Shown: positions 59,850-64,000 of the stretch, one piece after another
Numbering within the stretch: the first letter of the stretch is position 1
Layout: the number at the start of each line of letters is the position of its first letter
Source: Gracilinanus agilis
Taxonomy: Eukaryota
Length of the DNA: 64,000 nt
Reading direction: 5' to 3'
Assembly: GCF_016433145.1 (NCBI RefSeq)
Contig: NC_058130.1
Location: 708,317,536 to 708,381,535 of the forward strand
Translations under genes and position numbers: made by a program
Notes under the pieces: generated by a model
Databases searched by the model: none
What the model was told of the DNA's origin: nothing
The model's input: the letters and a program-made list of their open reading frames with translations, nothing else

Positions 59850-60500
59850 CCCAGTCTTCCCATCCTAGTGACTGCCTGCACTTCAGTCCCTGCGCACCCG
59901 GGCTCCCTTCCCATCTGCGTCCTCTGTGGGCACTGCCCCCTGGGTGCCAGCAGGAGAAGGCAGCGCCAGGGCCGCCAGATCACAGCCCCTTCTGCCCAGG
60001 GGTCCCGCAATCCCAAGGGTTCCTTCACACCAACCGCGCCAGACTCCCGATCCGCCTCCCGGGCCGCGCAGCTTCTTGGCTTCCGAGCCTGTGCCCGGGG
60101 CTCACCTGTCAGCGCCTAATCTCGTCAGTATTCAAGTCCGGGTAAGCTGCCGCGGTCGCAGCCGCAGCCTTAGACCCCGTTACCGCAGCCGGACCCTCAG
60201 ACTGACAGGGCTTCCCTCTAGACGCAGCTGAGAGGCCGCATCCTATTGGTCTCCTGCAACAAACGCATCCATTGGTGGCTGCCGCAGCGCCTTCCCATTG
60301 GGAGAGCGGCGACTGCCAGTCCATTGGCCAGCCCTGCGCATCTGGCGCTCAGAGATGATTGGCTAGACCCGGCAGAAGATGGCAGTGATTGGTCAGTGGA
60401 AAGAAAGGCAGAAAAGGTGGACGGGACTTAGTAGTGAGGGAGTGGGCTAGAGATAAGTTCCTCTCTAAGAGGTGGGCGGTCTCCGAAGTTCTCCCTGGGG
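59850..60500 (-). promoter_or_regulatory. TYK2: TYK2 CpG island promoter and non-coding exon 1
   Basis: CpG-rich. Minus-strand donor CAG|GTGAGC ends an exon at 60106. Six ATTGG boxes at 60245-60392; YY1-like AAGATGGC at 60376. Confidence 0.75.
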
Positions 60501-63045
60501 GAAATGAATCTTCTAAAAAGATTTTTCTAGTCACGCCCTAATAAAGAACTTTCGAAGTCCGGGATTGTTGCCTTTAGGATCTAATTCAAACCCCTTAGAG
60601 GAGACAGCGTTGTGCAATGGAGAGAAGAGTTTTGAAATCAGAGAACTTGGGTTCAGATCTTGCCTTCGCCACTTCACCCCTCTGAGCTTCAGTTTTCTCA
60701 TCTGTAACATGGGAAGGGAGGAAGGTTCATTTTGATGGTTTTTAAGGTGCCCTCTAACTCTTAAATCATTGATCCTGGCACTCACGGCCTCAAAGGTGTT
60801 TAACCAAACCTTTCGGTCTCATCTTAAAAAGAACAATAACAAACCAACAAAAAACTACCCTCGCCTTCTATCTTAGAATTGTTAAGTGTAAAGGCAGAAG
60901 AGTGATAAGGGCTGGGAAATTGGGGTTAAATGGTTTCCTACAGCTAGGCAGTGTCTTGAGGTCACATTTGAACCCTGGACCTCCCCTCTCCAGACCTGGC
61001 TCTCTATCCAATGAGCCACCTAAATGCCTTTCCTCTTTCGACTGACACTCTCATGTTCCTGATTGCTAGTGCCTTCTCCATTTAACAATGTGTCTTATCT
61101 GCTTTATCTATCCTCCCGTAGCTGGGATGAGGGATGGGAGATTTCATCCACAAGTGCCTGCACTTGAGCTGGGGTCTATCTATGAATGTCCCTCTTGGCT
61201 TCCTCATTTGAATGAAAGATCCCAATTTCCCAGTAGTTTTTGTATTTCCACAGTCTAGCACAGTGCCTGGCAGGGTAGCTGGAATTTAGCAAATGCTTAT
61301 CAAATGTCCGCATCTTTCAGGCACCAACCCAATGGGAATAATTGCCTAGAGGCAGTGAAAGCATTGCTGTGTGGAGCTGGGAGAGGACCAGAGCTTCAGC
61401 TCAGAGGAAATCTTGTCTCTCACAAACACCCCAATTTCCTCTGAGCATTTCCTGTAATAACCTTCAGCTCCTATTCCTCTCCAGAGAGGAAGGAAGCAGC
61501 CACTTCCACTCCCAAGTAATTAAGAGGATAATTCTCTCCCAAGCCTCCCCACAAAGAGCACAAAAAAATTCACACCCAAGGGCCAGGGCCCACCTAATAT
61601 CTGTCCTTCCTCTGTTCACAAGGGTGGAGGAGGGTAGCTCTCCAAAACCAGAGCAGGAATCTACAATGCATTCCACAGAGGCTGAGATAGGGTTCTGGGT
61701 CATTCTCCGGCTTTTATCCAAGCAGAGCTTCCATTAACCACCCGATACTTATGGCAGGGGCTGCCATACATATTCCTCCAAACTGCCCCCTCTCCTTCCT
61801 CACCTTGAGATTAAAAAAAAACAAAACAAAAAAACAACCAATTGCTTGAATGTAGTTCTAGCCCCAGCCTAACCTACCCAGAAAACAACTTCTCCACAAC
61901 TCAGTTATTCATTTACAGGAAGTTTAAACATATGTTCCCATTTTATACCTGGGGCTGTGACAATTATTTTCCTTTGAACCATTGTGCCCAAGCTGTGACA
62001 TGATAGGAAGCTGAGCCAATTTAGCCTGGCTTGCTAATTAGCTTTTTTTAATGAATTCACTACCATTCTCTGTATTCAAGCCCCAGATATGTCAATATGC
62101 ATAGCAGAAAGGCATCTGCATTCATCCTGAATCGAGTCAACATTTCCCTGGCCAGAGGGAAATATATTTCTTATTAATAATCAATTATGTCAATAGTTTT
62201 CTTGTTGAAATTTCCTTGCATTCCTAGTACAAATGCAACTTAGTAATAATGAAAGATTTTTTTTAAAATATTTTTTGCTTTTGCCTCTTTGCTAATATTT
62301 AATTGTTGTCCACGGGTCCCACCATCTCTAGGTCCTTTAGGATTAGGGTTCAAATTGTAGAAACATCTTTTTGCTTATTTCCTCCCACCTGCTTAGAAAA
62401 ATGAGAACTTCTGAAGTGAACTCTGGTCCAAATAGTCATAGGATGATTGATTTAGATATGGAAGGAATCTTAAAAACTATAGAGTCCAACCATCCATTTC
62501 ACTGATGAGGAAAAAGGCCCAGAGAATTACTCCAAGTCACACACAGCTAATAAATATCTGAGGGGGATTTTCAACAATTATTCTTGATTTCAGGCCTCCT
62601 CATTTGCTTACATTAAATATGTACCTAGGTGAGAAAAAGCATAACATTTGATCAAGCCACAAAAGAATAGTAAAGTGTAGAAAAAATAGTAAAAAAAAAA
62701 AAAAAAAATCTGGTTCTTTGATTCCAGGGTAGATAGGGAAAGCTCCTCCAAAACTTTTGAATGGGTAAGGAACAGGCAAGATCTCTCTGCTGCTGGAGTG
62801 AGGGATGGGAAATTTTACCTCTTAAGTGCCTGCTTCTTTGGTGGGATCATCAGCTAGTCTCCCTATTTTTTCCACAATTTGGATATCTTCTCTTCTGGCT
62901 TACTGGTACCAATGATTCCTCTATTTCTGGAGCAGTTAAAGACACCTCTTCTCTCTCAAACACACCTCTTTCTTGGCCAGCCCTGTTCCAAATCCCAGGA
63001 CCTGATTTTTTTTTTAAAGATCAACATACTTTTATTTTGCTTTAT

Positions 63046-64000
63046 TTTTTATTTTTTTAATTTGTATTTTGAATATTTTCCCATGGTTACATATTTCATG
63101 TTCTTTCCCTCTCTCCCAAATCCCTCTAGCCCCCCCCCCTTAGCCAACACACAATTCCAGTGGGTTTTACATGTATCATTGATCAAGACCCAATTCCATA
63201 TTATTGATAGTTGGACTAGAGTTATCATTTAGTGTCTACATCTCCAATAATATCCCCATTAGCTCATGTGTTCAAGCATTTGTTTTTCTTCCACAGTTCT
63301 TCCTCTGAATGTGGCTAGTTTTCTTTCTCATAAGTCCCTCAGCCTTACTCTGGATCCTTACATTGCTGCTAGTAGGAGAAGTCCTTTATGTTTAATTGTA
63401 CCACAGTGTACAATATTCTCCTGGTTCTGCTCCTTTCACTCTGCATCAATTCCTGGAGGTCATTCCAGTTCACATGGAATTCCTCCAGTTTATTATTCCT
63501 TTCAGCACAATAGTATTCCATCACCAACAGATACCACAATTTGTTCAGCCATTCCCCAATCGAAGGACATTCTCTCATTTTCCAATTTTTTTCAACCACA
63601 AAGAGCAAGGCTATAAATATTTTTGTACAAGTCCTTTTCCTTATTATCTCTTTGGGGTATAATCCAAGCAGTGCTGTGGCTGGATCAAAAGGCAGATAGT
63701 CTTTTAAAGCCCTTTGAGTATAGTTCCAAATTGCCATCCAGAATGGTTAGATCAATTCACAACTCCACCAGTAATGCATTAATGTCCCAATTTTGCCACA
63801 TCCCCTCCAACATTCATTACTCTCCCCTGTTATCATTTTAGCCAATCTGCTAGGTATGAGGTGATACCTCAGAGTTGATTTGCATTTCTCTAATTATCAG
63901 AGATTTAGAACACTTTCTTATATGCTTATTGATAGTTTTGATTTCTTTAACTGAAAATTACCTATTCATATATATCCCTTGCCCATTTATCGATTGGAGG
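63046..64000 (-). mobile_element. Opossum-type L1 3' portion (ORF2 C-terminus and 3'UTR), runs off the window
   Basis: ORF 63369-63737 reads IWNY..PFDPA..LLGLYPKE..CPSIGEWLNKLWY..MEYYCA..LMQSERSRTRR. T-rich tail at the left end. Confidence 0.92.

Noticed and set aside
59606-60324. Long ORFs over the TYK2 CpG island (e.g. 179 aa at 59606-60145)
   Set aside because: Low-complexity Pro/Ser/Leu translations typical of GC-rich non-coding DNA.

Overview
This is marsupial genomic DNA. The SINE1_Mdo-type and MAR1-type SINEs and the opossum-type L1 point to a didelphid opossum; the species itself is inferred, not shown. The window is syntenic with the eutherian ICAM/TYK2 cluster. Five intron-containing genes lie head-to-tail on the minus strand: ZGLP1 (last exon runs off the left edge), FDX2, RAVER1, an ICAM3 orthologue and TYK2. 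All could be reconstructed with GT-AG junctions and continuous reading frames. The ~26.7 kb ICAM3-TYK2 interval is repeat-dense, with L2, L1, SINEs, solo LTRs, an ERV 3' remnant and a 211-N gap. Three observations stand out. (1) An unannotated, heavily decayed PNMA-family (Gypsy gag-derived) gene fossil at ~37.4-39.4 kb on the + strand, including a mutated CCHC knuckle. (2) An ~655-bp element at 24582-25444 with TG...CA ends, a 5-bp TSD and 64-bp terminal inverted repeats, inserted cleanly into an L2; it does not fit the usual mammalian LTR or hAT/mariner patterns. (3) A frame-breaking RAVER1 intron at a position that appears to be read through as coding sequence in eutherians. Also notable are an AME in place of APE in the TYK2 kinase domain, a phased six-CCAAT array at the TYK2 promoter, hAT MITEs, and truncated U2 and U6 retrocopies. 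Comparisons with reference proteins and repeat families are from memory and need confirming by alignment.
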